64,000 nucleotides of DNA, from positions 672,001 to 736,000 of the forward strand of contig CAWAGQ010000004.1 of assembly GCA_963781585.1 (NCBI GenBank), given 5' to 3'. Origin of the DNA: an uncultured Gemmatimonadaceae bacterium. Its GTDB lineage: Bacteria > Gemmatimonadota > Gemmatimonadetes > Gemmatimonadales > Gemmatimonadaceae. Within the stretch, counting starts at the first letter, position 1. Each line of letters begins with the position of its first letter. The notes beneath the pieces were generated by a model. That model did not search any database. It saw nothing but the letters and a program-made list of their open reading frames with translations, and was not told where the DNA came from. Made by a program: the position numbers and the translations under genes. This document shows, piece by piece, positions 43,542 to 53,267 of the stretch.

Positions 43542-44841
43542 GGATGGAATCGAACAGGCGGGTGGCGAGTTGGGCGCGGGTCGTGATGAGGGCGATCACC
43601 AGCGCCAGCAGTCGCACCCGCTCCATGTCCTCCTCCACGAACACCCCGCGTTTGGCGCGGTTGGTAAGGTTGACGACGCCAAGCAGCTCGTCGTGGTAGA
43701 TGAGCGGGAAGCTGATGAACGAGCCGGTCGTCAGGTACTCGTCTCGAAGGAGCGGATGGGTGACTCCGTCAGCCACGTCCTGCACCAGGAGAGGCTCACG
43801 GGTGCTGGCGACGATCCCGGCAACGCCTTTGCCGAAACGCGTCCGTTGCCCCATCTGCACGTGGGGGAGCAGACCTCGCGCCGCCGCCAGAAAGAGCGAA
43901 TCCGGTTCGGGCGCGCGCAGCATGAGCGAGCACCGCTGCGCCTGCATGTCGTCGCCGACCAGGGCCAGCAGGCCGTCGACGAGCGGGGCGGGCTCCCCCG
44001 TCGTGTTGTCGAGGGTGAGGGCGCGCTCGATGAGGTAGAGCGTACGCGTCTTCTGGCGCAGCGCCTCATGACGCCGGTGCAGTTCGATGTGGGCCTGTTC
44101 GAGCTGGCCGATCGCCGCCGTGAGCTGGTGCTCGAGCGACTGCGCCCGGTGCGCCGCGCGTCGCGCATCCTCTTCGGCGCGGGCCATGCTGTGCTCGAGC
44201 TGGAGCAACCGCGCGGTCTCGTGCACGCCCGAATGGGTCACCGCATCACGAGCGCGCGCGAGTTCGTTCTCCATCTCGCCGAGCTTCTTGAGGTAGTCGC
44301 CGTGCACACGCTGGGTGATGTCCTCGAGCGTCCGCACCGCTTCGGCGCGCGCCTCGCGGTCGGCAAACCGGGCGAATGCCAGATCGAACAGCGCCGCGTC
44401 GGGGGCGAAGCGTTCGCTGGTGCGGGTGCCGAACATCTTCCGCTGTTCGTACAGGGCCAGCACGGAGGTCAGCGCGCCGTCTGTCGACAGCCCGCGCAAC
44501 GAGAGGATGCCGCCGTCGGCGAATGGTGAAAGCCCCAGCAACCCCGCGTACTCGGCGGAGCGATCCCCGAGGTCGACGAACTGACCGCCGGCGGAGACGA
44601 GCGTCCGGATGGAGGGCGGCAGATGATCGAACGTGGTGTCCACCGGAGCGCGCTCTACCCGGTCGCCGATCGGGGTCAGTCGTTCCCGGAGCATCTCCCG
44701 GCGTCCATCGTAGCGCAGCAGACCGAGGACGGCGGAGCGGTCGCTGTCAGCGAGCGCTTCGCCGAGGGCCACGAGTGCCGCGTCGAGGTCCGGTGAGACT
44801 GCCAGCGCGTGCGCGAGCGATGGGAGAGAGCGGGTAGCCAC
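43531..44841 (-). CDS. GAF domain / coiled-coil protein
   Basis: C-terminal GAF (GVAGIVA...SFISFPL...LLGVVNL...F), central coiled coil; start uncertain. Confidence 0.82.
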   Translation of the reverse strand: MATRSLPSLAHALAVSPDLDAALVALGEALADSDRSAVLGLLRYDGRREMLRERLTPIGDRVERAPVDTTFDHLPPSIRTLVSAGGQFVDLGDRSAEYAGLLGLSPFADGGILSLRGLSTDGALTSVLALYEQRKMFGTRTSERFAPDAALFDLAFARFADREARAEAVRTLEDITQRVHGDYLKKLGEMENELARARDAVTHSGVHETARLLQLEHSMARAEEDARRAAHRAQSLEHQLTAAIGQLEQAHIELHRRHEALRQKTRTLYLIERALTLDNTTGEPAPLVDGLLALVGDDMQAQRCSLMLRAPEPDSLFLAAARGLLPHVQMGQRTRFGKGVAGIVASTREPLLVQDVADGVTHPLLRDEYLTTGSFISFPLIYHDELLGVVNLTNRAKRGVFVEEDMERVRLLALVIALITTRAQLATRLFDSIHAA

Positions 44842-44973
44842 TACGCGTTGGAGGACAGAGGTCGAAGGTCGGATCGGCGGAAAGGAAGCGCCCCCGGCGG
44901 CTCGCACCTCCGTCTCCGGGTTCGAACCGATTCCCGACTGCCGGTCTCCGGGCTGGACATTATGTGGAGCAGG

Positions 44974-45003
44974 AATGTGGGCGCGTACGTGAAGCCATGT
45001 CAA
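44974..45003 (-). promoter_or_regulatory. Candidate sigma70 promoter for GAF gene-trpD
   Basis: TTGACA-N18-CACATT on the minus strand. Confidence 0.4.
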
Positions 45004-45028
45004 TCGTTTCCGTGTGCTCACGCGTTGC

Positions 45029-45056
45029 TTGACTTGAACTGGCGGCGGGCTAATTT
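45029..45056 (+). promoter_or_regulatory. Sigma70-type promoter of the truA operon, probably leaderless
   Basis: TTGACT-N16-TAATTT; truA ATG 8 nt downstream. Confidence 0.55.
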
Positions 45057-45064
45057 CCGAGTCG

Positions 45065-45841
45065 ATGACGGCGCGCACCGTGCAGCTGGTGCTGCACTAC
45101 GACGGCACCGACTTCGCGGGTTGGCAGCGACAACCGAATGAGCGGACCGTCCAGGGCGAACTGGAGCGCGTGCTCGCCGATCTCTGCGGACAACGGATCG
45201 TGGCGCAAGGGGCCGGCCGCACCGACGCGGGCGTTCACGCGCGCGGGCAGGCGGTCGGTGTACGGGTGTCTGACAAGTGGTGTGCGGCGCCGCTGCGCCG
45301 CGCGGTCAATGCACTCCTGCCCAGGGACGTGTGGGTCGCGGCGGCGTACGACATGCGCCCCGAGTTCCATGCACGCTTCAGCGCTACCTCCCGTCGCTAT
45401 GTCTATCACGTGGGAACAGACGAGGACGCGCGGTCTCCCTTTCGGCGTCGCACCGAATGGGCGTACCGACGTCCGGTGTCGCGCGCCTCACTGGACGAAT
45501 CGGCGGCGCGGATCGTGGGCAACCACTGTTTCGTGGCGTTCGCGGCGCGTGGGACGGCACCGCCCACCGATGCCCACCGATGCACGGTGTTCGAGGCCGC
45601 GTGGCGCGACCGCCCCGGCGGCATCAGTCTGCAGATCGAGGCGAACCGCTTTCTGCACCACATGGTGCGCTTCCTCGTTGGCACGATGCTGGAGGTGGCC
45701 AGCGGGCGCCGCGATCCGGACACGGTGGCGCGTCTCCTCGAGGCCGTTACCAACGATGAGGTCTCACCCCCGGCTCCGGCGCACGCGCTCGTGCTGGAGC
45801 GGGTCACCTACCCTGCGGCGCTGTATCTGAGCCCGGCATGA
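45065..45841 (+). CDS. truA: tRNA pseudouridine(38-40) synthase
   Basis: YDGTDFAGWQ, GRTDAGVHA, FHARF, FLHHMVR. Confidence 0.97.
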   Translation: MTARTVQLVLHYDGTDFAGWQRQPNERTVQGELERVLADLCGQRIVAQGAGRTDAGVHARGQAVGVRVSDKWCAAPLRRAVNALLPRDVWVAAAYDMRPEFHARFSATSRRYVYHVGTDEDARSPFRRRTEWAYRRPVSRASLDESAARIVGNHCFVAFAARGTAPPTDAHRCTVFEAAWRDRPGGISLQIEANRFLHHMVRFLVGTMLEVASGRRDPDTVARLLEAVTNDEVSPPAPAHALVLERVTYPAALYLSPA

Positions 45842-46491
45842 AGATCTTTCTCGCCAGTGCTTCATTCGACGACGTGCGATGGGCGGCGTCGTGTGGATTC
45901 CTCGACGGCGTGCTGGTCAGTCCCTCTTTGATGGAAGGCGAGGAGGAGGGGGCGACCGCACGCGCGCTCGAGATTGCGCGCCTGTTCGCCTGTCCGGTGA
46001 TCCTGTCCCTGGGGTCGCACGACGCCGAGGATCTGTATCGGGAGGCACGGGCACTGGCACACAATACGGACGAAGTCATCCTGGAATTTCCGCTCGCAGC
46101 CGACACGGTCGAGGGGCTGCATCGCGCGATGAGCGACGGCATGCAAGTGGCGGCGAGCATGGTGTTCACGTCGGCACAGGCGCTGCTGGCCGCGAAGGCC
46201 GGCGCGTCGGCGGTGCTCGTGCACATGCGTGCCCTCGAGGCCCAGGGCCAGAATGCCACCACCGCCCTGGGGGAGATGCGGGCGATCTTCGATGTGCACC
46301 GTCTTGAATGCGAGATCGTCGCGGTGACGCCGGGCAGCGCGGGACAGGTTGCGGCGTGCGCAGCATCGGGCGTGGACGCCGTGGTGCTCGAGCCGTCGGT
46401 TCTGCGCGACCTGCTGCTGCATCCGCTCGCCGACCGCACTCTGGACGCGCTGCTGCAGGCGGGCCCCGGGGTTCGCGCGAGGGCGGTGTGA
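45838..46491 (+). CDS. Transaldolase/FSA-fold protein lacking catalytic residues
   Basis: MKIFL...DGV..P, REARAL, VFTSAQALLAAKAGA match TalC/Fsa, but active-site positions are substituted. Confidence 0.82.
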   Translation: MKIFLASASFDDVRWAASCGFLDGVLVSPSLMEGEEEGATARALEIARLFACPVILSLGSHDAEDLYREARALAHNTDEVILEFPLAADTVEGLHRAMSDGMQVAASMVFTSAQALLAAKAGASAVLVHMRALEAQGQNATTALGEMRAIFDVHRLECEIVAVTPGSAGQVAACAASGVDAVVLEPSVLRDLLLHPLADRTLDALLQAGPGVRARAV

Positions 46492-48041
46492 TGACGGAAA
46501 AGGCCGTAGGTCATGGACCAAGGGTCATGGGCCAGAGTCCGAAGGCCGGAGGCACGAGACCAACGGCCAGAGGCCGAACGGCACAGGCCAAAGGTCATAG
46601 ACAACAGGCCACAGTCCACACGTCGCAGGCCATCGGCCTTGCGATGTCCCTTGCGGTGGCGGGGTCGCTCTGCGGCTGCGGGAGCAGCGGGCCGCGCGAC
46701 TCGCACGCCGAAACGCTGACGCCGCCGCCGGCGCAGACCAGCGCGTCGGTCGGCGCCTCGCGGCAAACAGCCATCACCGCGGCCGTGGCGCGGGTGGCGC
46801 CGTCGGTGGTGACGGTGCAGACGGAGACGGTGGAACAGGTGCCGATGGACTTCTGGGAGGGGTTTTTCGGCGGGCGGTCCGGCCAGCGTCTGGCGCCGGG
46901 GATGGGGACGGGTTTCGTCATCCGCCCCGACGGCGTGATCCTCACCAACGCCCACGTGGTGAGCGGGGCGACCAAGGTGTCGGTGATGATGCGCGACGGC
47001 ACCACCTATCCGGCGACGGTGCTGGGCAAGGACGAGACCAACGACCTGGCGGTGGTGAAAGTCGATGCGAAGAACATGCCGACCGCGCCGTTAGGCACGT
47101 CGGCCGATCTGATCATCGGCGAATGGGCGATCGCGATCGGCAATCCGTTCGGCTTTGTTCTCGGCAACACCGAGCCGTCGGTCACCGCCGGCGTGATCAG
47201 CGCGACCGGACGCAACCTGATCGGGCAGCAGGAAGGGGGCGGCCTGTACGTGGACATGATCCAGACCGACGCGTCGATCAACCCGGGCAATTCGGGCGGC
47301 CCGCTGGTGAATGCCGAGGGCCAGGTGATCGGGGTCAACAGCTCGATCTACACCCCCACCTCGAACGGGGGTTCGGTGGGCATCGGCTTCGCCATTCCGA
47401 TCGATCGGGCGAAGCGGGTGGCCGACGACCTCATCGAGCACGGCGAAGTCCGTCATCCCTGGGTCGGGGAGCTACTCCAGCAACCGGTGTCGTCGAATCC
47501 GCGCGACGTGGTCACCGCGGGGGTGAAGGTCCGGGCGGTGGTCCCCGACTCGCCGGCGCAAAAGGCCGGACTCCGTGCCGGCGACGAGATCGTTCAGGCG
47601 CACGGCCGGACCCTGCATAACGTGTTCGACTGGGAAGCCGCGCGGCTGACGATGCAGGTTGGAGAGAACGTGCCACTGGTGATCCGGCGCGGCGGACGCG
47701 AGGTCACGCTCACGGTCACGGTGGCCGATCGCCCCGAGGTGAGCGCCCCGAAGCTGACGGTGTTGCGCGAAATCGAGCTCACGGACCTGACGCCCGCGAT
47801 CCGGGCCGAGCGGGGCATCCGGAGCGGCCAGGGCGCGCTGGTGACCAGGGTGAGCGATCGGGTGCGCGACGAGATCGGCATCGATGTCGGCGATCTGATC
47901 TTCCAGATCAACGGCACGCCGGTAACCAGCGCGGCTGGCGTGAAGCGCGCGCTCGATTTCTACGCCGGGCGGCAGGGGATCCGGATGTTGTTCGAGCGCG
48001 GGGGCGTGGCGTACCCCACACCCGACTTCGTCATCCGGTGA
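46491..48041 (+). CDS. HtrA/DegP-like serine protease with PDZ domains, probable lipoprotein
   Basis: TNAHVV, DLAVVK, INPGNSGGPL, PDZ-like C-terminus, lipobox-like LCGC; start uncertain. Confidence 0.93.
   Translation: MTEKAVGHGPRVMGQSPKAGGTRPTARGRTAQAKGHRQQATVHTSQAIGLAMSLAVAGSLCGCGSSGPRDSHAETLTPPPAQTSASVGASRQTAITAAVARVAPSVVTVQTETVEQVPMDFWEGFFGGRSGQRLAPGMGTGFVIRPDGVILTNAHVVSGATKVSVMMRDGTTYPATVLGKDETNDLAVVKVDAKNMPTAPLGTSADLIIGEWAIAIGNPFGFVLGNTEPSVTAGVISATGRNLIGQQEGGGLYVDMIQTDASINPGNSGGPLVNAEGQVIGVNSSIYTPTSNGGSVGIGFAIPIDRAKRVADDLIEHGEVRHPWVGELLQQPVSSNPRDVVTAGVKVRAVVPDSPAQKAGLRAGDEIVQAHGRTLHNVFDWEAARLTMQVGENVPLVIRRGGREVTLTVTVADRPEVSAPKLTVLREIELTDLTPAIRAERGIRSGQGALVTRVSDRVRDEIGIDVGDLIFQINGTPVTSAAGVKRALDFYAGRQGIRMLFERGGVAYPTPDFVIR
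46501..46619 (+). repeat. Degenerate heptamer tandem repeat, 17 units, consensus about AGGCCAN
   Basis: aggccgt aggtcat ggaccaa gggtcat gggccag agtccga aggccgg aggcacg agaccaa cggccag aggccga acggcac aggccaa aggtcat agacaac aggccac agtccac. Confidence 0.8.
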
Positions 48042-49477
48042 CGTCGCGCTCCGTGTACTCCTCGCCGCTCGCCGAGCGCTACGCGTCGCGAGCGATGCTT
48101 GAGTTGTGGTCGCCCGACCGCAGGCATGGACTGTGGCGGCGACTCTGGCTGGCGCTGGCTGAGGGTGAGCAGGCGCTGGGGGTGCCGATTCCAGGCGAGG
48201 CACTGGCGCAGATGCGTGCCCACCTCGACGACATCGACTACGAAGCGGTGGCTGGCTATGAGCGGCGGCTGCGCCACGACGTCATGGCGCACGTGAAGGC
48301 GTTCGGGGACCTCGCGCCGGCGGCAGCGCCGTTCATCCATCTGGGCGCCACCAGCGCGTTCGTGACCGACAACGCCGACCTGGTGCTGATGCGAGAGGCG
48401 CTTGGCCTTCTGCGACACCGCGTGATCGACACGCTTCGCATCCTCGACGCGTTCGCACGGCGCTGGCGTGCGGAACCCACGCTCGGATACACGCACCTGC
48501 AGCCGGCGCAGCTCACCACGGTGGGGAAGCGCGCCACCCTGTGGATGCAGGACCTGGTGCTCGACCTGACCGATCTCGACCATCGGGTGGCGACGATGCC
48601 GCTGCGGGGCGTGAAGGGGACCACCGGCACCCAGGCGAGCTTTCTGGAGCTCTTTGGCGGCAACCACGCCAGGGTCCGCGAGCTGGACGCGCGCGTCACC
48701 TCGGCAATGGGGTTTCCGCGCAGCGTGCCGGCATCGGGCCAGACCTACACACGCAAGGTGGACGCACAGGTGTTGTGCGTGGTTGCGGGAATAGCCGCGA
48801 GTGCGGCGAAGTTCAGCGGCGATGTGCGCATGCTGCAGGCGTTCGGCGAGATGAGCGAGCCATTCGAGACCGACCAGGTGGGTTCGTCGGCGATGGCCTA
48901 CAAACGCAATCCGATGCGCAGCGAGCGCATCGCGTCGCTGTCCCGGTTCGTGTGTACGCTCGAAGCCAATGCCAATCAGACCCTCAGCGTGCAGTTCTTC
49001 GAACGGACCCTGGACGACAGCGCCAACCGCCGTCTGATTCTGCCCGAGGCGTTCCTGGCCACCGACGCGGTCCTGCTGCTCATGTGCAGCGTGGTCGAAG
49101 GGCTGGAGGTTCACCGGGCGCGCATTCGGCAGCGCATCATGGACGAGTTGCCATTCATGGCCACCGAAGCGTTGTTGGTGCGTGCCGTGCAGGCGGGCGG
49201 CGATCGCCAGACGGCGCACGAGATCATCAGACGGCACAGCCTGGCGGCGGTGGCCGCCATGCGGAACGACGGTGTGGCCAACGACATGCTGGAGCGCCTG
49301 GCGGGCGACCCGGCCTTCCCGGCCGGACTCGACGACTTGCGCTCCACGACGGATCCGGCGCGCTTCTACGGCCGGGCCCCGGAACAGGTGGATGAATTCC
49401 TCGTGGAAGTGATCGAACCCATTCTCAGCAGCGCGACGCGCGGCACCTACGACGACAGGGAGAGACCTCAGGTATGA
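48038..49477 (+). CDS. purB: Adenylosuccinate lyase
   Basis: [31 protein letters not shown]. Confidence 0.96.
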   Translation: MTSRSVYSSPLAERYASRAMLELWSPDRRHGLWRRLWLALAEGEQALGVPIPGEALAQMRAHLDDIDYEAVAGYERRLRHDVMAHVKAFGDLAPAAAPFIHLGATSAFVTDNADLVLMREALGLLRHRVIDTLRILDAFARRWRAEPTLGYTHLQPAQLTTVGKRATLWMQDLVLDLTDLDHRVATMPLRGVKGTTGTQASFLELFGGNHARVRELDARVTSAMGFPRSVPASGQTYTRKVDAQVLCVVAGIAASAAKFSGDVRMLQAFGEMSEPFETDQVGSSAMAYKRNPMRSERIASLSRFVCTLEANANQTLSVQFFERTLDDSANRRLILPEAFLATDAVLLLMCSVVEGLEVHRARIRQRIMDELPFMATEALLVRAVQAGGDRQTAHEIIRRHSLAAVAAMRNDGVANDMLERLAGDPAFPAGLDDLRSTTDPARFYGRAPEQVDEFLVEVIEPILSSATRGTYDDRERPQV

Positions 49478-50397
49478 CACCAGTGACTGCTACGCGACTC
49501 CCATTGAAACTCTTTCGGCGCGGCAAGGTCCGCGACGTCTACCATGTCGATGACACGCGGCTGCTGGTGGTGGCCACCGACCGGGTCTCGGCGTTCGACG
49601 TCGTGATGCGCGAGGCGGTGCCGCACAAGGGCGCCGTGCTCACGCAGCTCTCCGCCTGGTGGTTTCGCCAGCTGAATGGCAGCGTCGCGCACCACATGAT
49701 CACCGCCGACGCCGACGAAATCGTCGATGATCTGCCGAGTCTGGCCGGCGCGCGTGAGCTGCTCGACGGGCGCGCCATGCTCTGCCAGCGTACCTCCGTC
49801 TTCCCGGTGGAGTGCGTGGTGCGTGGCTTTCTCGCCGGCTCGGCGTGGAAGGAGTATCGCACCACCGGCACGTTGGCGGGTGAGCGGCTGTCCACCGGCC
49901 TCCAGGAAAGCGACCGCCTCACACCGGCGCTGTTCAGTCCGGCCACCAAGGCCGAGTCGGGCCACGACGAGAACATCACCATCGACCGGATGGCCGAGAT
50001 CGTAGGCGCCGACACCGCTGCGAGACTGGAGCAGCTGTCGCGGCGCGTCTACGAGTTCGGATGCACCACGGCCGAACCGCGGGGCATTATTATCGCCGAC
50101 ACCAAATTCGAGTTCGGGTCGGCAGGGGATCGCATCCTTCTCGTTGACGAGGTGCTGACCCCCGACAGCTCGCGGTTCTGGGCGGCGAATGAATACCGGC
50201 CCGGGCGCACACAGCCGAGCTTCGACAAGCAGCCGCTGCGAGACTACCTCGACGGCGAACGACTGGCCGGCCGCTGGAACGGTGACGCCCCGCCGCCTCC
50301 CCTTCCCGAAGAGGTCGTGGCCGCCACCAGCGCGCGGTACCTTGATGCGTATCGTCGGCTGACCGGGTCACCGCTGGCCGTCAACGCCACCGCATGA
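49474..50397 (+). CDS. purC: SAICAR synthase
   Basis: [34 protein letters not shown]. Confidence 0.97.
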   Translation: MTPVTATRLPLKLFRRGKVRDVYHVDDTRLLVVATDRVSAFDVVMREAVPHKGAVLTQLSAWWFRQLNGSVAHHMITADADEIVDDLPSLAGARELLDGRAMLCQRTSVFPVECVVRGFLAGSAWKEYRTTGTLAGERLSTGLQESDRLTPALFSPATKAESGHDENITIDRMAEIVGADTAARLEQLSRRVYEFGCTTAEPRGIIIADTKFEFGSAGDRILLVDEVLTPDSSRFWAANEYRPGRTQPSFDKQPLRDYLDGERLAGRWNGDAPPPPLPEEVVAATSARYLDAYRRLTGSPLAVNATA

Positions 50398-51047
50398 ACT
50401 TCGCACGTGAGGGATTCGTCTTCATCGTGGTGGCGGCCGTGCTGGCCGCGGCCGCCTTCGTCCTCGCGCTCAACATGCGCTCGTGGGGCCTGTGGCTCGT
50501 AGCCCTCGGGCTCACCGTCGTCACGTTGTGGGTCGCGTACTTCTTTCGCGATCCGGAGCGGAGCGGCGCACGAGGAGCGGGGCTGGTCATCGCCCCGGCC
50601 GACGGCCGGGTGGTCATGATCACTACGGTGGACGAACCGTCATTTCTGCAGGAACCGGCGCAGCGGATTTCGATCTTCATGAACGTCTTCAACGTGCACG
50701 TGAACCGGTACCCGGTGACTGGCATGATCCGCTATGTCCAGTACAACCCGGGCAAGTTCCTGAACGCCGCTTCGGAGAAGTCGAGCCTCGAGAACGAGCA
50801 GCGGTCGGTGGGCATCGAGTCCGGCCTCCGCCGCATTCTCGTGCGCCAGATTGCCGGACTGATCGCGCGACGCGTCGTCACGTACAGCCACGAAGGCGAG
50901 CACGTTGTACAGGGCGATCGGATGGGGATCATCCGATTCGGCTCGCGCGTGGACGTGTTCGTCCCGGTCGACACCGAGGTCACAGTTCGGGTTGGTCAGA
51001 GCACCTTCGCCGGGGTCACGGTGCTCGGCACGTTACCGGAGAGCTGA
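50394..51047 (+). CDS. psd: Phosphatidylserine decarboxylase proenzyme
   Basis: FFRDPER, APADG, NVHVNR, RFGSRVD cleavage motif. Confidence 0.95.
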   Translation: MNFAREGFVFIVVAAVLAAAAFVLALNMRSWGLWLVALGLTVVTLWVAYFFRDPERSGARGAGLVIAPADGRVVMITTVDEPSFLQEPAQRISIFMNVFNVHVNRYPVTGMIRYVQYNPGKFLNAASEKSSLENEQRSVGIESGLRRILVRQIAGLIARRVVTYSHEGEHVVQGDRMGIIRFGSRVDVFVPVDTEVTVRVGQSTFAGVTVLGTLPES

Positions 51048-51946
51048 TGGCAGGCGACGATCGGGTCGGTCTGGGCCGCACCATCGTGCAGCTTCCGAAC
51101 GGGTTCACGCTGGCGAACCTGTTCTTCGGCGTGTTCGCCATCGTCGCCGCATCGCGCGGCGACCCGTCGCGCGCGGGCGCGTACATCGTCTTCGGAGGCA
51201 TCGCCGACGGCCTCGACGGGCGAGTGGCTCGAGCTACCCGCACCGGCAGCCGGTTCGGCGCCGAGCTGGACTCGCTGGTCGACGCCATCTCGTTCGGACT
51301 GGCTCCGGCGATGATCATGTACTTCGCCGTGCTGAACCAGTCGGGGTGGGATTGGATTCTGTGCTTTCTGTATACGATGTGCGCGGTGATCCGGCTCGCG
51401 CGCTTCAACATCGAGCAGGCGGGGCGCGCGAAGACGTTCTTCAACGGACTGCCGACCCCGGCCGCGGGTCTCACACTGGCGACATACTACTGGTTCAGCC
51501 AGACGCCGTTGTACCAGGAGACGGTGCTGGTCGACCTGCCGTGGCATCAGTTGTTGCGCTACCTGATGATGGGACTGGCGTTCCTGATGATCAGCAACGT
51601 GAAGTACGCGGCGGTGCCGACGATCGGGTATCGCACGCTGCGCGAGATCTTCGGATCGCTGGTGGTGGTGGCGGCCGTGGTTGGCGTGATTCTTCTCCCT
51701 CGGCAGTTCTTCTTTCCGGCGTTGCTTGCGTACGTGGTGTGGGGCGTGGTGCGGACGTTCTTCGTCGGATTGCTGGCGCGGCTGCCGGGCGCCGAATACG
51801 AAGACGCCACCCTTCTGCACAACCCGGCCGACGACGCGAGCGCGCAGGGAGACGGCGCGGGGCCGAGGCGGCGACGGCGCCGGCGACGGGTGCGTGGCGC
51901 GCGGCATCAGCCTCCCCAGAATCCGATGGAGGACCCTCGCGCATGA
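51047..51946 (+). CDS. pssA: CDP-diacylglycerol--serine O-phosphatidyltransferase
   Basis: DGLDGRVAR...FGAELDSLVD, RLARFN, GLPTP; follows psd. Confidence 0.93.
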   Translation: MAGDDRVGLGRTIVQLPNGFTLANLFFGVFAIVAASRGDPSRAGAYIVFGGIADGLDGRVARATRTGSRFGAELDSLVDAISFGLAPAMIMYFAVLNQSGWDWILCFLYTMCAVIRLARFNIEQAGRAKTFFNGLPTPAAGLTLATYYWFSQTPLYQETVLVDLPWHQLLRYLMMGLAFLMISNVKYAAVPTIGYRTLREIFGSLVVVAAVVGVILLPRQFFFPALLAYVVWGVVRTFFVGLLARLPGAEYEDATLLHNPADDASAQGDGAGPRRRRRRRRVRGARHQPPQNPMEDPRA

Positions 51947-52200
51947 CGCGCTTTCGTGTCGCTGTCCACATCGTGCCCCGACGTGGCGTGCTGGACCCGC
52001 AAGGCAAGGCGGTCGCCGATGCATTGCACGCGCTGGGATTCGGGGCGGTGCGCGAGGTGCGCGTGGGACGGCACCTGGTGATCGATGCCGACGCCGCCGA
52101 GCCGACGGCCGCCGAGCGCGCGGTGCGCGAGATGTGCGACAAGCTGCTGGCCAACCCTGTGACCGAGGACTACGAGATCGCCGGAGTGACGCCCGCGTGA
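51943..52200 (+). CDS. purS: FGAM synthase subunit PurS
   Basis: VLDPQG, VRVG, LLANPVTEDY. Confidence 0.96.
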   Translation: MTRFRVAVHIVPRRGVLDPQGKAVADALHALGFGAVREVRVGRHLVIDADAAEPTAAERAVREMCDKLLANPVTEDYEIAGVTPA

Positions 52201-52889
52201 AATTCGGCATTGTGACCTTCCCGGGTTCCAACTGCGACGACGACACGTACCATGCCGTCGTCGACGCGCTCGGCGCACGCGCGGTACGCCTCTGGCACAA
52301 GGACCACGACCTGCAGGGCGCCGACGTCGTGGTTCTGCCGGGCGGCTTCAGCTACGGTGACTACCTGCGCGCCGGAGCCATTGCGCGGTTCAGTCCAATC
52401 ATGCGCGAGGTGGTCGAGCACGCGCGCCGGGGCGCCCCGGTGGTGGGGATCTGCAATGGCTTCCAGATCCTCTGTGAAGCGCAGCTCCTTCCCGGCGCGC
52501 TGCTGCGCAACGCCAGTCTCCGGTTCGCAAGCCAGTGGGTGTGGGTGCGTACCGAGAACGCCGAGACCCAGTTCACCAACCAGTACCATCGGGGACAACT
52601 GTTGCGACTCCCGATTGCCCACGGCGATGGCCGGTACACCATCGATGCGGATGGGCTGGCGCGGCTGGAAGGCAACGGACAGATCGTCTTCCGCTACGTC
52701 GACGCGACCGGGGAACCGACGGTCGCGGCCAATCCCAACGGCGCGATGGACAACATCGCCGGCATCGTCAATGAAGCGGGGAACGTCATGGCGCTGATGC
52801 CGCATCCGGAGCGGGCGGTGGAAGCCACGCTCGGTTCGACGGACGGATTGCCGCTGTTTGAATCGCTTCTGGCGAGTGTGGCCGCGTGA
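52197..52889 (+). CDS. purQ: FGAM synthase glutaminase subunit PurQ
   Basis: FPGSNC, PGGFSYGDYLR, GICNGFQ, MPHPER. Confidence 0.97.
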   Translation: MKFGIVTFPGSNCDDDTYHAVVDALGARAVRLWHKDHDLQGADVVVLPGGFSYGDYLRAGAIARFSPIMREVVEHARRGAPVVGICNGFQILCEAQLLPGALLRNASLRFASQWVWVRTENAETQFTNQYHRGQLLRLPIAHGDGRYTIDADGLARLEGNGQIVFRYVDATGEPTVAANPNGAMDNIAGIVNEAGNVMALMPHPERAVEATLGSTDGLPLFESLLASVAA

Positions 52890-52961
52890 CGCGCCAGCGA
52901 GGCGGCTGTCTGCGGATTCCTGCCGGACCTGACCACGACACCAGACCCCAGACGTGCTGCC

Positions 52962-53267
52962 ATGGATAACGAAAAGCCCAGCCGAAACGAGGACGAATAC
53001 TTCGCCCGCAAGGACGCCGACCTCATTCAGGAGCAACGGGCGCGGCTCGACGCGGAGCGACGTCGCGCCGAGCGCGCGTCCCACTACATGCACTGCCCGA
53101 AGTGTGGCTCGAAGCTGATCGAAACCGAGTTCCACAACATCAAGATCGACAAGTGCCCCGAGTGTTCCGGGGTGTGGTTCGACGGCGGTGAGATCGAGCT
53201 GCTGGAGCACATCGACCAGAGCAGCATCCGCTCGTTGATGCGGTCCACGTTCGGGCTCCGGTGGTGA
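52962..53267 (+). CDS. zf-TFIIB-type zinc-ribbon protein
   Basis: EDEYF, CPKCG...[16 protein letters not shown]. Confidence 0.88.
   Translation: MDNEKPSRNEDEYFARKDADLIQEQRARLDAERRRAERASHYMHCPKCGSKLIETEFHNIKIDKCPECSGVWFDGGEIELLEHIDQSSIRSLMRSTFGLRW

Noticed and set aside
46501..46619. CRISPR array
   Set aside because: The units are 7-bp degenerate tandem repeats without spacers; no cas genes or repeat-spacer arrays were seen anywhere in the window.
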